This document shows, one piece after another, positions 47,440 through 57,512 of a stretch of DNA of 64,000 nucleotides; positions within the stretch are counted from its first letter, which is position 1, and every line of letters begins with the position of its first letter. The notes beneath the pieces were generated by a model, which had not been told where the DNA came from, searched no databases, and worked only from the letters and a program-made list of their open reading frames with translations. A program made the position numbers and the translations under genes. Source of the DNA: an uncultured Planctomycetia bacterium (GTDB lineage Bacteria; Omnitrophota; Gorgyraeia; Duberdicusellales; 4484-171); the NCBI GenBank assembly GCA_964455085.1, contig CAYVYJ010000008.1, positions 1,514-65,513 of the forward strand. The letters run 5' to 3'.

Positions 47440-49484
47440 TATTTAATTACCTTATAAATTCGAGCATCAGGGTTATTCAAAACTAATTGGAATTTATCAG
47501 AATGTACCTGGGCCCAAAGACCTTCTACCGGTGTATACCTCTCTTCAAGTATATAAACAAAGAGATAATCTGTATTCTCTCCAACCAGATTTCGATACCA
47601 GCGGTTAAAATCAGCTTTACCGCGATAGTTCTCACTTCTCCTTAATACTCTATCAATATGATCATAGCGATATTCTTTCCAATTTAGATTGCCTTGAGGA
47701 TAAAGGTGGAGTTGGGCTGGATGAATATTATTTACTGATACGTAGTAGACATCATTTTTCAAACCTGTCCCGTATAAAGGAAAGGGAACCGGCCGGCCGG
47801 TATAAGCAATTCTTTGGGCTTTAGTGTTATCATTCAACCACTGCCAAGCCTTCATTGCTCCTTCCCAATAAGGAGCGTGACTGAGGTAACGCTGATACTC
47901 ATGATTAAGATACCACTGCTGGCCAATAACAAGACTTAAACTAAGAATAATGAATAACGAAGAAGTCATAGTTACCCTGACTTTTCGCCTTTTAAAACGC
48001 TTGATAAATAGTGGTAAGATAAGAAAAAACGAAACCGTCGCCAGTAAAGAAAATCCTAACTCCCAATATCCGCAGAATTCCGCTATTGAAGTCAGAAAAC
48101 AGATAACCACTAGTGCCCGTATTGCTTTTGAGGGAACTTTTAAAGTCTTTAAGAGATAGGTGGCCATAACCGAGCCGACAGCAAGATAAGGATAGAGAAA
48201 TCTGGTCCAGAGCTGAGGGATAATAAAAGTAAAAATAGCGAAAAGAATGGCCGGAAGCAGGGATAAATAAACTAAGGGAAAACTTAATTTTATTCCCTTA
48301 CTTCTAATTAGAATTATCGGAAAGGCTAAAAAGGTAGCAGGAAATATCAAAATCAGCAGCTGTAGTCCCATACCTTCATGGAAGAACAATTTTCCTAAAT
48401 TATAACCTTCATAGGTCCAACGGACCAGATAGGTAGCGGTGGGCATCACCCCTTTAAAAACAGTTTTTCCCATTAAAACCGCCTTTAAAGGAAATAAGGG
48501 GTTACCGCTAAGAATAAAATTTCTTATATAGCCATAACCGCCAAACAAGGCAATAAGCCCCAGGAACAAAGAGCCATAGCCAACCAATCTTAAACCTTTA
48601 GAGTTTTTAACTAGGATATAAATGAAAAATAATCCTAAAGCTAAACTATAGGCTAAGCTTAAAGTCTTAGTCCCAAAAAATAGCCCAAAGGATATCCCGG
48701 AAATAATTAAGTACCTTAGATTAAACTTCCTATTTAAACTAAATAGAAGATTTAAAGTAGTGAGCAAAAGTGCAGTCATCATAATGTCGGCATAACCAAC
48801 CTCAATCTGTTTAAAAAAGTTAGGAGTAATTACAAACAGACCGGCTGAATAAAATGCCAGCTCCCGAGAAAGGTTGAACTTTCTGGCAATTGCAAAGCAA
48901 GCTATAAAGGAAAGTATAAGAAATGGTATCTGGCCCAAATCAGCGATAAGAACATTCTTAAAAGGGGCGATTAACCAAAAATAATAAAGACAATTATTTA
49001 TCGGATAATAGGTCGGTGTGGGATCATCAGAGATAGTAGGGGGGTTATAGAGATTACCTTGCTTTAGCCACTCAACCGGAAAGGTAAAGTGATAATTAAG
49101 GCTATCCCAGCCAAAAGGAGGGTTTATAAGGTTAAAAATTCCCTTTACTAAAATAAAACCTAAGATACAGGCCAGACAGAATAAAATCACCTTATTTTCA
49201 GTTATCCAACTAAAATCCCTTCTGCCTGCTGCGTATAAAATTTCGTTTTTATTTCGTAAGATAAAACTGACTACTAAGAAGATAAAAAAGTTTACTAAGA
49301 TCAGATTACCCAAGAAAAGCTTACCAAAGATACCTAAAATCATCTCAGTAAGTATGATCTGGGCCAGAAACAGAAGCGAAAAATTACATATCCGATCAGA
49401 AAGGTTGGGACAATAGAAAGCTTTTCTTACGATACGGGCAGAAGTAAAAGCAACAATGAGATTAAGAATAAGGAAATTAATCAT
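47439..49484 (-). CDS. Large polytopic membrane protein, putative GT-C-fold glycosyltransferase
   Basis: 681 aa. At least 12 TM helices in N-terminal 500 aa (loop with GWDSLNYH), C-terminal about 170-aa soluble aromatic-rich domain. Abuts the downstream Dpm1-like GT2 gene (stop at 47439 adjoins its start). Confidence 0.5.
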   Translation of the reverse strand: MINFLILNLIVAFTSARIVRKAFYCPNLSDRICNFSLLFLAQIILTEMILGIFGKLFLGNLILVNFFIFLVVSFILRNKNEILYAAGRRDFSWITENKVILFCLACILGFILVKGIFNLINPPFGWDSLNYHFTFPVEWLKQGNLYNPPTISDDPTPTYYPINNCLYYFWLIAPFKNVLIADLGQIPFLILSFIACFAIARKFNLSRELAFYSAGLFVITPNFFKQIEVGYADIMMTALLLTTLNLLFSLNRKFNLRYLIISGISFGLFFGTKTLSLAYSLALGLFFIYILVKNSKGLRLVGYGSLFLGLIALFGGYGYIRNFILSGNPLFPLKAVLMGKTVFKGVMPTATYLVRWTYEGYNLGKLFFHEGMGLQLLILIFPATFLAFPIILIRSKGIKLSFPLVYLSLLPAILFAIFTFIIPQLWTRFLYPYLAVGSVMATYLLKTLKVPSKAIRALVVICFLTSIAEFCGYWELGFSLLATVSFFLILPLFIKRFKRRKVRVTMTSSLFIILSLSLVIGQQWYLNHEYQRYLSHAPYWEGAMKAWQWLNDNTKAQRIAYTGRPVPFPLYGTGLKNDVYYVSVNNIHPAQLHLYPQGNLNWKEYRYDHIDRVLRRSENYRGKADFNRWYRNLVGENTDYLFVYILEERYTPVEGLWAQVHSDKFQLVLNNPDARIYKVIK

Positions 49485-50688
49485 GTTTAGTTACTAATAA
49501 TTTATTATGCACCACTGCTAGACCGATAATTATCCAAAACAGAGACTGAATTCGCTCATCCCATATATTATCCACTATATTTACTATAACAAAAGCTAAG
49601 AAACCGGTAAATAATCCATACCATAGTAAATCCTTCTTTGATGATAAGAATACTTTAAAGGTCCGCTTAAGGAACCAGAAATAAACCAACAGACCCAATA
49701 GACCAGCTTCTACAGCAATTAATAAATACCAGCAGTGAGGATTGGCTTTAATAACCAAAGGTGATTGAGTATATTTTTTAGCTATTTGAACGCTTGTTGT
49801 ATTTATCCCCTTTCCTAAAATAGGATTTTTTGCGGTCTCAAGCAAATACTCCTTCCATATAGCAACTCTTCCCCCTTGATCATAGAATACAGCATTAACG
49901 CCAGTAATAATTCTTCCTTTAAAAATAGGTGAAAAAAATACACTAGATATCACCAGCAGCAGCAGAATAGGTATAATTCGGACTATTTTTAGTTTACTAA
50001 AAAATAAAGTAATACTAAGGCTGGCGATTAAGGCAGCCCAGGAGATAAGCGAGCAGCTGATGAATAAACATATCAGGAATAACCAAAAAAGAATTAAGCC
50101 ATATACCTTAACTCTTTTCTTCTTGCTGCTGAATAAGAAAGACAATATTATCGGCGAAAGTAAAATAAGAAATGCACCAAAAGGGTTTAAGCCGCTAAAA
50201 TAGCCCCTTACCCAGGTTCCTTTAATCGGATAGGAACGCAAGAAATCAACGCCAGTCACAAACTGCCAGATACCATCGATAAATATTATTCCTAAAGATA
50301 CCGAAAATATTCCCAATACTATCCTTAATTTCTTTCGAGAGTCAATAATATCTACGGTGAAGAAATATAGCATAATATATTGGACCCACTTAGTGAAAAA
50401 GGTTCTTAGGCTCTTAGCCGGAGCAAAACTATTAAAAATCGTAAGGAATAATACAGTCAGCATAACTACAATCGGTAAATTTAGAGTTGTCTTGGGAAAG
50501 TACTCTTTTATTTTCCATTTCTTTACTAAAAAGTTTTCAATAACCCAAAGAAGAAATATCAACCCAAAAGTTACTTCGATAACTGCCTTAGACATTGCCA
50601 CAAAGGCAATTAGCAGGCAAAAAATATAAAACTTAATATTTCGCAAATGGTTAACTGCTGAAATGCTCTGATCAAGCATCACTGTCAT
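49477..50688 (-). CDS. O-antigen ligase/polymerase (WaaL/Wzy_C)-like membrane protein
   Basis: 403 aa, about 10-11 TM helices with a larger periplasmic loop in the C-terminal half. No diagnostic motif can be read with certainty. Confidence 0.45.
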   Translation of the reverse strand: MTVMLDQSISAVNHLRNIKFYIFCLLIAFVAMSKAVIEVTFGLIFLLWVIENFLVKKWKIKEYFPKTTLNLPIVVMLTVLFLTIFNSFAPAKSLRTFFTKWVQYIMLYFFTVDIIDSRKKLRIVLGIFSVSLGIIFIDGIWQFVTGVDFLRSYPIKGTWVRGYFSGLNPFGAFLILLSPIILSFLFSSKKKRVKVYGLILFWLFLICLFISCSLISWAALIASLSITLFFSKLKIVRIIPILLLLVISSVFFSPIFKGRIITGVNAVFYDQGGRVAIWKEYLLETAKNPILGKGINTTSVQIAKKYTQSPLVIKANPHCWYLLIAVEAGLLGLLVYFWFLKRTFKVFLSSKKDLLWYGLFTGFLAFVIVNIVDNIWDERIQSLFWIIIGLAVVHNKLLVTKHD

Positions 50689-51895
50689 CTCTCCTTTGTT
50701 TATTCTTCCCTAGAGCTTCGGTTTCAGAGAAAGCCCGATTGAAAATATTTTCTGCTAAGCAAAATGGCCTAAACATCTTAATCCCTTCACGATAGTTTTG
50801 GAAGTCCTCTTCGCTGGCAATAATCTTTTTTACCGCTGAAATAAAATCACTAATACGATACTCAATAACCTCACCAGCACCGGTTTCAGAGATAAGCTCG
50901 GAAACGTAAGGTGCAGAAGTAATAATAGTCGGTAATCCTAATAAGGCGTATAATTTTGGTTTGCCAGGATCAGCATAAAGTGAATTATCGCTTTCATCTC
51001 CGGTCCAAGTAGCTAAACCCACCATGCACTGGGAGAGTATAGTATAAGCGTATTTATCATCACGGATAAATCCCTGAAATATGAAGTGTTTATTTAACTC
51101 CTTATCTTTAACTTTCCTTTTTAGTTGAGCAGCATAGGGGCCATCCCCGATTATGCGAACTTTTATTTCCGGGAATTCTCTAATTAGTTCAGGGATAGCA
51201 TCTATAACCATCTGCAGCCCTTGATTTTCAGAAAGAGTCCCTATAAACCCTAAACTCCAGCGCTCTCTGTCCTCAAGGGATAAATCATAAGAGATACCCG
51301 GTGCATAACCCAAAGGAACAATTACCTCACCATAAGAATCAGCAGCTAATCCTGAATAATGCTGGCGGGCCCACTTAATACGGGGAGATATATGCCATAC
51401 AGTATCAACGCTCCTAATAATTAATTTATCGATATTCCTAAACATAATATTAATTAACCAATTAAAGTTAATTCTCTTAGGGGGTGGATAGTAATCGAGG
51501 CAGTAGTAAACTACCCTTTCTACCTTACCTAACTTCTTTAAAATTAACCCGAGCATTGTAGAAAAAGTGGCAACTCCGATAAAAAGATCAAATTTTTTAT
51601 TTAATCTCCTCACCGCTTTAAAAAAAGAATAGATATATACTAAAAAAGAGAAACAAATGCGCACTTGAGTTAAGACACTCATTTTTCCTACCTTATAGCT
51701 AGGGAGACTAAATTCTCTTTTCTTTACACCTTGCTCATAAAGGGTGCAGCGCGATTCATTATAAGAAGCAAAAGGACTCATTACTCCGATGACCCCCAAA
51801 GAATGTGCTTTTTTGCAGAGATAATCCTCTAAAGCCTCTGTACGGCTGGTTTTTAGCTGGCCGGCTATTAAAACTTTTAGTTTTCCTAAATCCAT
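50672..51895 (-). CDS. GT4 (GT-B fold) glycosyltransferase
   Basis: 407 aa. C-terminal IIGDGPYAAQLKR...E motif resembling the GT4 EX7E region. Confidence 0.7.
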   Translation of the reverse strand: MDLGKLKVLIAGQLKTSRTEALEDYLCKKAHSLGVIGVMSPFASYNESRCTLYEQGVKKREFSLPSYKVGKMSVLTQVRICFSFLVYIYSFFKAVRRLNKKFDLFIGVATFSTMLGLILKKLGKVERVVYYCLDYYPPPKRINFNWLINIMFRNIDKLIIRSVDTVWHISPRIKWARQHYSGLAADSYGEVIVPLGYAPGISYDLSLEDRERWSLGFIGTLSENQGLQMVIDAIPELIREFPEIKVRIIGDGPYAAQLKRKVKDKELNKHFIFQGFIRDDKYAYTILSQCMVGLATWTGDESDNSLYADPGKPKLYALLGLPTIITSAPYVSELISETGAGEVIEYRISDFISAVKKIIASEEDFQNYREGIKMFRPFCLAENIFNRAFSETEALGKNKQRRDDSDA

Positions 51896-51902
51896 AATCT
51901 AT

Positions 51903-52952
51903 CTAAAAATATCTCTTCCACCTCTCGGCCCCAGGATTTAAGAAGAAATCAATTGAAGATATAATTTTTTCGGACCTTTTAAGCATTCTGCTGACTATTT
52001 CTGAATCTCTAACTTTTCTAAAATCTTGAACTTTCCCTTTCATAACTAAAGTGTCTTTAAGGTGTAACAGATTCCAGACAATTGCTTTAGGCCCGGACAT
52101 TGCAATTCTATACTTATGTATTAATATAAAGAATAGCATCTCTAAGAATAATATGAACAAGTAAGAGGGCAAAATTAAAGCCAAGTAACCCCAGGAATAG
52201 TTTTTAAGTAAGGTTCTGAAAGTATTTCGTTCTGAAATGTATCTCTTCTGAGCTCTGTTGTGGGTTTTACTTAATGTTGCACTCACCCGATGATAAAGAT
52301 AAGCCTTTGGCTCAGCCACAACCCTAAAACCAGCTAAATGCGCCCGCCAGGAAAGATCAATATCATCAGCCAAAGTTAAATAATCAGGGTCGTAGCCTCC
52401 GATTATTGAAAGCAAACTCTTGCGTATAAACATTGCCCCGCCAAAAGAAAAGAACACATCTGTTACCTGAGCATATTGGCCAAGGTCTTTTTCATTTATA
52501 CCCCGGGAAAAAGGGAAACCAAAAATATCAATATCCGCACCAACGCTATCAATCTCATCGACAAGTTCCTCATCCTTTATCCGCAGCATCTTTACAGTAC
52601 AGATACCAATAGTTTCATCTGACTGGCAACGCGCAACTAGATGATTCAATATATGGGGATCAAACTCCATATCATTACTGACCCAAAAGATATATTCGCC
52701 TTTTGCTTGAGCGATTGCTACATTACTGCCTTCAGCTGTACCGAGGTTGGTTTCATTCTGGATTACCTTAAGCTCAGGATAATTTTCCCTAACAAACTCA
52801 ATACTCCCGTCAGTTGAGGCATTATCAACAATTATTACCTCGTAATTAGGGTATTTAAGATTACTTAGGCTGGGTAAATACTTCTTTAAGAGTTCTTTAC
52901 CATTCCAGGTTACATTGACAACGCTAACTAAAGGGCTACTTTTATCAACCAT
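51903..52952 (-). CDS. GT2 glycosyltransferase
   Basis: The ORF track gives a start at 53009. That start overlaps the upstream gene by 53 nt, so the internal Met (MVDKSSPLVSVVNV) at 52952 is the more likely start. NVTWNGKE...VDNASTDGS...DDID motifs. Confidence 0.7.
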   Translation of the reverse strand: MVDKSSPLVSVVNVTWNGKELLKKYLPSLSNLKYPNYEVIIVDNASTDGSIEFVRENYPELKVIQNETNLGTAEGSNVAIAQAKGEYIFWVSNDMEFDPHILNHLVARCQSDETIGICTVKMLRIKDEELVDEIDSVGADIDIFGFPFSRGINEKDLGQYAQVTDVFFSFGGAMFIRKSLLSIIGGYDPDYLTLADDIDLSWRAHLAGFRVVAEPKAYLYHRVSATLSKTHNRAQKRYISERNTFRTLLKNYSWGYLALILPSYLFILFLEMLFFILIHKYRIAMSGPKAIVWNLLHLKDTLVMKGKVQDFRKVRDSEIVSRMLKRSEKIISSIDFFLNPGAERWKRYF

Positions 52953-52956
52953 AGGT

Positions 52957-54366
52957 TTAATTTGTTGACTGGTATTCTTTAATGAGATTCTTTTTGAAAA
53001 AAACTGCAATAACTTTTTTGAAGGCGTAGATAAAAGTGCTACGTGATCTAAAGTAACCCATAAAAGTCCTGGGCCGTAAGTAAAATCTAAGAATAGCTCT
53101 CTTTCGAACTCCCTCCAGCTCTTCTGTAGTCATGCCCTTGGGAGCATAAACAACTTTATTTTGAGCAACCAGGCTAAAATCATAATCTTCAGGCAATTCT
53201 TTGCTGGCAATAAGAGCATTTGTGGCTTCAGTAGCCGGTAAAGGCTGAAAAGCCGTAAAGCTAGCCTCTCTGATACCAAGCTTTAAGGCTAATTTTATTG
53301 TCTTCTCCATCTCCTCTCTGGTCTCACTGGGATAACCTAATATAAAATAACCATTTGGCTCAAATCCCATTCTATTCATTAGATTAACCTTTGCCCAAAC
53401 CATATCTAAGTTTATCTCTTTCTTCATCAATTTAAGAATACGCTCTGAACCAGACTCTATTCCCAGAACTATTGCTCGCTCAAAACCAGCTTCTTTCATG
53501 GCTTCTAGCAGTTCTTGGTCAATAAAATCTAATCTCATACCTACGCCTAAAGTAAAACAGGCTTTAAAGTTCTCTCTCTCTATTCTTTGGCAAAAATCCA
53601 TTATGAATTTCTTGGTTACGCCAAACCCCTCATCTTCTATAACAAACCTCTTTATACCGTATTCTCTCTGCAAAAAATGTAGTTCAGCAAATATATGGTC
53701 TAGCCCTCTTCTTCGCAAGCGTTGTCCAGAGGTAACTTTAGCAGCACAAAAAGTACATGAATAAGGACAACCCCGAGAGAAAAATACCGGAACAGTATTA
53801 GGACCCATGCTTAAGTATTTAAAGTACTCTGAAGGTTTAATTAGATCCCAAGCTGGAAAACCATATTCTTCAATATTTTCAGGGAAGTAAGGCTCATTTA
53901 TCCGAATCGTATTATTTTCGCGATAGATAAGACCGGGGACTTGAGAAAAGTTTTTATCTCCGGAATCAAGAGCTTTTACTAATTGTCTTAGGGGAATCTC
54001 ACCTTCACCACTGACAGCAAAATCAACTTTTTCAAAATTCTTTAAAACCTTATTGGGAAGAGAAGATACATGAGGGCCGCCTAAGACGATTATAGTCTTT
54101 GGTAATTCCTTCTTAACCATATCGACCATTTTTTTCACAAAAGGAATCGATATCGAAAACAGGCTAATACCAATTAAATCCGGAGAAATTTTTTTAACCT
54201 CTTGAAGAAACTTCTTATAATTATAATTATCTTTTAAACAATCAAGGATAGATACTTGATGTCCACTCTCTTTTACTGCAGTTGCAAGATAACCTAAACC
54301 AGCAGGTGGGTATGATTCCCCGGAAATGCCAAAATCCTTAAAAGGTTGAACTAATAGTATTTTCAT
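52957..54366 (-). CDS. Class B (B12-binding domain) radical SAM enzyme, paralog of 4705..6162
   Basis: 469 aa. N-terminal B12-binding fold (MKILLVQP...). SRGCPYSCTFC motif. Alignable with the + strand paralog along its length. Confidence 0.75.
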   Translation of the reverse strand: MKILLVQPFKDFGISGESYPPAGLGYLATAVKESGHQVSILDCLKDNYNYKKFLQEVKKISPDLIGISLFSISIPFVKKMVDMVKKELPKTIIVLGGPHVSSLPNKVLKNFEKVDFAVSGEGEIPLRQLVKALDSGDKNFSQVPGLIYRENNTIRINEPYFPENIEEYGFPAWDLIKPSEYFKYLSMGPNTVPVFFSRGCPYSCTFCAAKVTSGQRLRRRGLDHIFAELHFLQREYGIKRFVIEDEGFGVTKKFIMDFCQRIERENFKACFTLGVGMRLDFIDQELLEAMKEAGFERAIVLGIESGSERILKLMKKEINLDMVWAKVNLMNRMGFEPNGYFILGYPSETREEMEKTIKLALKLGIREASFTAFQPLPATEATNALIASKELPEDYDFSLVAQNKVVYAPKGMTTEELEGVRKRAILRFYLRPRTFMGYFRSRSTFIYAFKKVIAVFFKKNLIKEYQSTN

Positions 54367-55028
54367 TTCTCTAAAACTTTTTTGCCTGTTTTCGAAACAA
54401 CTACCATTTGGCCTTGAGGTATAAAACCAAAATATGTACGATTTTTCTTATAGCGGATTACTTCAAATCCCTTCTGCCTAAGCAGACCTGATAAATTATT
54501 TTTAGTAAAATAACGAATATGAGGCGTAGTAGGATAAAAATACTTATCAAGAGATATCAGGATGATAATAAACAACTTCAGACGCGTTAACTGAGAAGTA
54601 GCTATTAACAGATGGCCATTTGATTTTAAAACTCTGTTTGTTTCTTCAAGCAAAGTCTCTGTATCCAAAATGTGTTCAAGAACGTCAATCATAAATATCG
54701 CATCAAATGATTCGTCAGGGTAAGTAAATTTACTGCTTTCCCCTAATAGTTGAAAGTCGATTTCTGGATAGCTGTTCTTTGCTTTATTGATAGCAATTTC
54801 GGAACAATCAATCCCGCAAACTGAACTGCAATATTTACTAGCTATATATGTAAATTCTCCCTGACCACATCCAAAATCTAAAATCTTACCCTTAATAAAC
54901 GGTTTAAAAAAACTTAAATGGCGGTTAAAATTATCTTCTGTCCATTTTCCAGGAGAGCGGTCAAAAGGATTTATTTTTATATGCCCATCTTCCCAATAAC
55001 GTTTATAAAATGTCTTTTCTCCGCCCAT
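54363..55028 (-). CDS. Class I SAM-dependent methyltransferase
   Basis: 221 aa. ILDFGCGQG motif I and acidic motif II (DCSE). Confidence 0.75.
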   Translation of the reverse strand: MGGEKTFYKRYWEDGHIKINPFDRSPGKWTEDNFNRHLSFFKPFIKGKILDFGCGQGEFTYIASKYCSSVCGIDCSEIAINKAKNSYPEIDFQLLGESSKFTYPDESFDAIFMIDVLEHILDTETLLEETNRVLKSNGHLLIATSQLTRLKLFIIILISLDKYFYPTTPHIRYFTKNNLSGLLRQKGFEVIRYKKNRTYFGFIPQGQMVVVSKTGKKVLEK

Positions 55029-55056
55029 CTATCCTCCTATCTTATTGATACCTTTC

Positions 55057-56016
55057 TTATACTTTTACCTGTTCGCTAATCCACTTGTATGTTTTCTCTA
55101 AGCCCTCTTCTAAACTAATTTGAGGCTCCCAGCCAAGTACTTCACGCAATTTTGTATTATCGCTGTTTCTTCCTCTTACCCCTTGAGGTTTTGAAAGGTC
55201 ATACTTCTTGGTTATTTTCTTGCCGGAAATTTTAGCTATAATATCCACTAATTCATCTACGGTAACCAGCCTATCTTGGCCTAAATTAAGGGGCTGCAGA
55301 TAATCAGATTGCATCAGCCGGTATATTCCTTCGACGCAATCATCAATGTAGCAGAAAGAACGACTCTGCTTCCCATCACCCCAAACTTCTATCTTATCTT
55401 CATCTTTAGCTAAGGCAATTTTACGGCAGATTGCTGCCGGAGCCTTTTCTCTTCCACCCTCATATGTTCCTAAGGGTCCAAAGATATTATGGAAACGGAC
55501 TGAATGAGTTTTAAAACTATAATCTTCTGTATAATATTGACAAGCCAGCTCAGAGAATAGTTTCTCCCAGCCATAACCTGGTTCAGCGTCTGCCGGGTAT
55601 GCGTCCTCTTCTTTTAACATCTTTACATCAGGGCTCTTTTGTAAATACATCGGGTAAATGCAAGCTGAACTTGTATAGAGGTATCTTTTTACCTTGTTTT
55701 TCCTAGCTGCCTCTAGCATATGCAAATTTATTAAAGCATTGTTTCTGAAAATCTCAGCATGAGAAGAAGTAATATAACCTATACCACCCATATCAGCAGC
55801 CAGCTGATAGACTTCATCTATTCTTTCGCAGGCCTCCATACAATTATCAAATTCACGTAAGTCCAACAATTTAAAATCATCAGCAGCAGTTTCTTCAAAC
55901 TCAGGATTCTTTATATCATCACCTCTGACCCAGTAACCTTTTTTCTTTAAATATTTAACCAGATGGTGTCCAATAAATCCTCCAGCACCGGTAACTAAAA
56001 CCCGTTTTCTCGCCAT
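55057..56016 (-). CDS. GDP-mannose 3,5-epimerase-like SDR (plant GME homolog)
   Basis: 319 aa. VLVTGAGGFIGHHL Rossmann motif. Long stretches recalled as matching plant GME: LAADMGGIGYI, SSACIYP, GWEKL, FHNIFGP, GGREKAPAAICRK. Confidence 0.7.
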   Translation of the reverse strand: MARKRVLVTGAGGFIGHHLVKYLKKKGYWVRGDDIKNPEFEETAADDFKLLDLREFDNCMEACERIDEVYQLAADMGGIGYITSSHAEIFRNNALINLHMLEAARKNKVKRYLYTSSACIYPMYLQKSPDVKMLKEEDAYPADAEPGYGWEKLFSELACQYYTEDYSFKTHSVRFHNIFGPLGTYEGGREKAPAAICRKIALAKDEDKIEVWGDGKQSRSFCYIDDCVEGIYRLMQSDYLQPLNLGQDRLVTVDELVDIIAKISGKKITKKYDLSKPQGVRGRNSDNTKLREVLGWEPQISLEEGLEKTYKWISEQVKV

Positions 56017-56026
56017 AATTCCCTCT

Positions 56027-57358
56027 CTAATTTTTTCCTTCTCCTAAATATTTAATATTTATCTTAAAATTCTTATCTCTAAATATCCCCCAACAATCAA
56101 AAATAACTAAATCTTTTTTGCAAACAGACAAATCGATCTCTCTGAACTCATCCCAGGGAGTTGTGATTAATAGAATATCGGCTTCTTCTGCACAGGCCTG
56201 GCTATTATTAGCATACCTGACCCCATCACCAAAAACACCCCTGGCTGCATCTAAACTCTGGGGGTCATAAACCATTATTCTGTAACCCTGGTTAATTAAC
56301 AGCTCTACAATATCTATAGCTTGTGAATCTTCAATGATTGGTGTATTCGGTTTATAAGAGAGTCCCAAGACCCCGATAAGAACATTCTCACTTTTCTTGC
56401 CTGACTGACCAATCAAATTCTTTACTATATTTTCAATTCTCCGTACCTGATCTTGGTTAACCTCGTCAACCATCTCAGCTAACTTTGCTTTTTGTCCAAC
56501 TTTTCTGGCAAAAGCAGCGAAGGCTACGTTATCACGCGGAAAACATGGCCCGCCAAAACCCAAACCGGGTTTTAAGTATTTTCTTCCGATACGAGTATCC
56601 ATTCCGATTGCCCTGGTAATAGCTTGAGAGTTGGCTCCGGGAACTTTCTCACAAACCGAAGCTAAAGAATTTGCATAAGTTATCTTCATGGTCACGTAAC
56701 AATTAAGTGAAATTTTGGCAATCTCAGCACTGACCAGATTCATCCTCCCAAACTTAGGATTATTCTCACAGGTTCTCTTATGGATTTCCTCCAAGATATC
56801 TCCGTCCTTTTTGCTGAACTCCCCGATTAGAATAAAGTCAGGGTTTAAGAAATCATGGATTACACTTCCTAAAGCAATAAACTCAGGATTATAAGCTATC
56901 CCAAAATCCTTACCGCATTTTTTCCCCGATATTCCTTCCAAGATAAATTTTCCCACATGTTCAGTAGTCCCGGGCATGACGGTTGAAGTAATAGCTACCA
57001 GATGGTAGCTATTTTTATTCTTCAAAGCTGAGCCGATTGCTTTTAGTGATTCCTCTAGCTGCTGATTGGAAAATGAACCATCAGCTTCTGAAGGTGTAGC
57101 AACAACGATAAAAGTTACATCAGAATTATTAATCGCTTGGCTGTAATCAGTCGTTGCTTGTAAATTACCTTTACACGCCTCAAGAAACGCAGTTAACCCG
57201 GTTTCACTAACTGGGTTCTTCCCCTTATTAATCAAGTCTACTCTCTGAGCATCAATATCCACTCCAACCACCTTATAGCCCTTGCTGGCAAAACAGGCAG
57301 CCGAGCATAAACCCAGTTTACCTAAACCAATTACCGATATTGAATTAATATTCTTCAT
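56027..57358 (-). CDS. Nucleotide-sugar 6-dehydrogenase (UDP-glucose/GDP-mannose dehydrogenase family)
   Basis: 443 aa. N-terminal ISVIGLGKLGL NAD motif. Catalytic Cys region GFGGPCFPRD. Confidence 0.85.
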   Translation of the reverse strand: MKNINSISVIGLGKLGLCSAACFASKGYKVVGVDIDAQRVDLINKGKNPVSETGLTAFLEACKGNLQATTDYSQAINNSDVTFIVVATPSEADGSFSNQQLEESLKAIGSALKNKNSYHLVAITSTVMPGTTEHVGKFILEGISGKKCGKDFGIAYNPEFIALGSVIHDFLNPDFILIGEFSKKDGDILEEIHKRTCENNPKFGRMNLVSAEIAKISLNCYVTMKITYANSLASVCEKVPGANSQAITRAIGMDTRIGRKYLKPGLGFGGPCFPRDNVAFAAFARKVGQKAKLAEMVDEVNQDQVRRIENIVKNLIGQSGKKSENVLIGVLGLSYKPNTPIIEDSQAIDIVELLINQGYRIMVYDPQSLDAARGVFGDGVRYANNSQACAEEADILLITTPWDEFREIDLSVCKKDLVIFDCWGIFRDKNFKINIKYLGEGKN

Positions 57359-57512
57359 ATATATCCCTCCAGATAAAAACTAATTATAAGACTCTTCTAT
57401 TACCAAAGCATTGTTGAAGCCACAGACTTTTTCCACTAAATGAGTTTCGCCTCCACCGGTGTTCGGAGAAAAAACGGTGTCAAAATCAATATTCCCTTAC
57501 TATTCATATTTA

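Noticed and set aside
51903-53009. 53-nt overlap between GT2 ORF 51903..53009 and B12-rSAM 52957..54366, possibly indicating a frameshift or fusion.
   Set aside because: An in-frame internal Met (MVDKSSPL...) at 52952 gives a conventional 4-nt gap to the upstream stop. The overlap is an artefact of longest-ORF calling.
57359-57512. Possible gene fragment in the 154-bp spacer upstream of the nucleotide-sugar dehydrogenase. A stop-bounded, methionine-less frame translates to ...IDFDTVFSPNTGGGETHLVEKVCGF....
   Set aside because: There is no start codon or RBS and no convincing similarity to a known family from memory. It is likely just the promoter/5'UTR.
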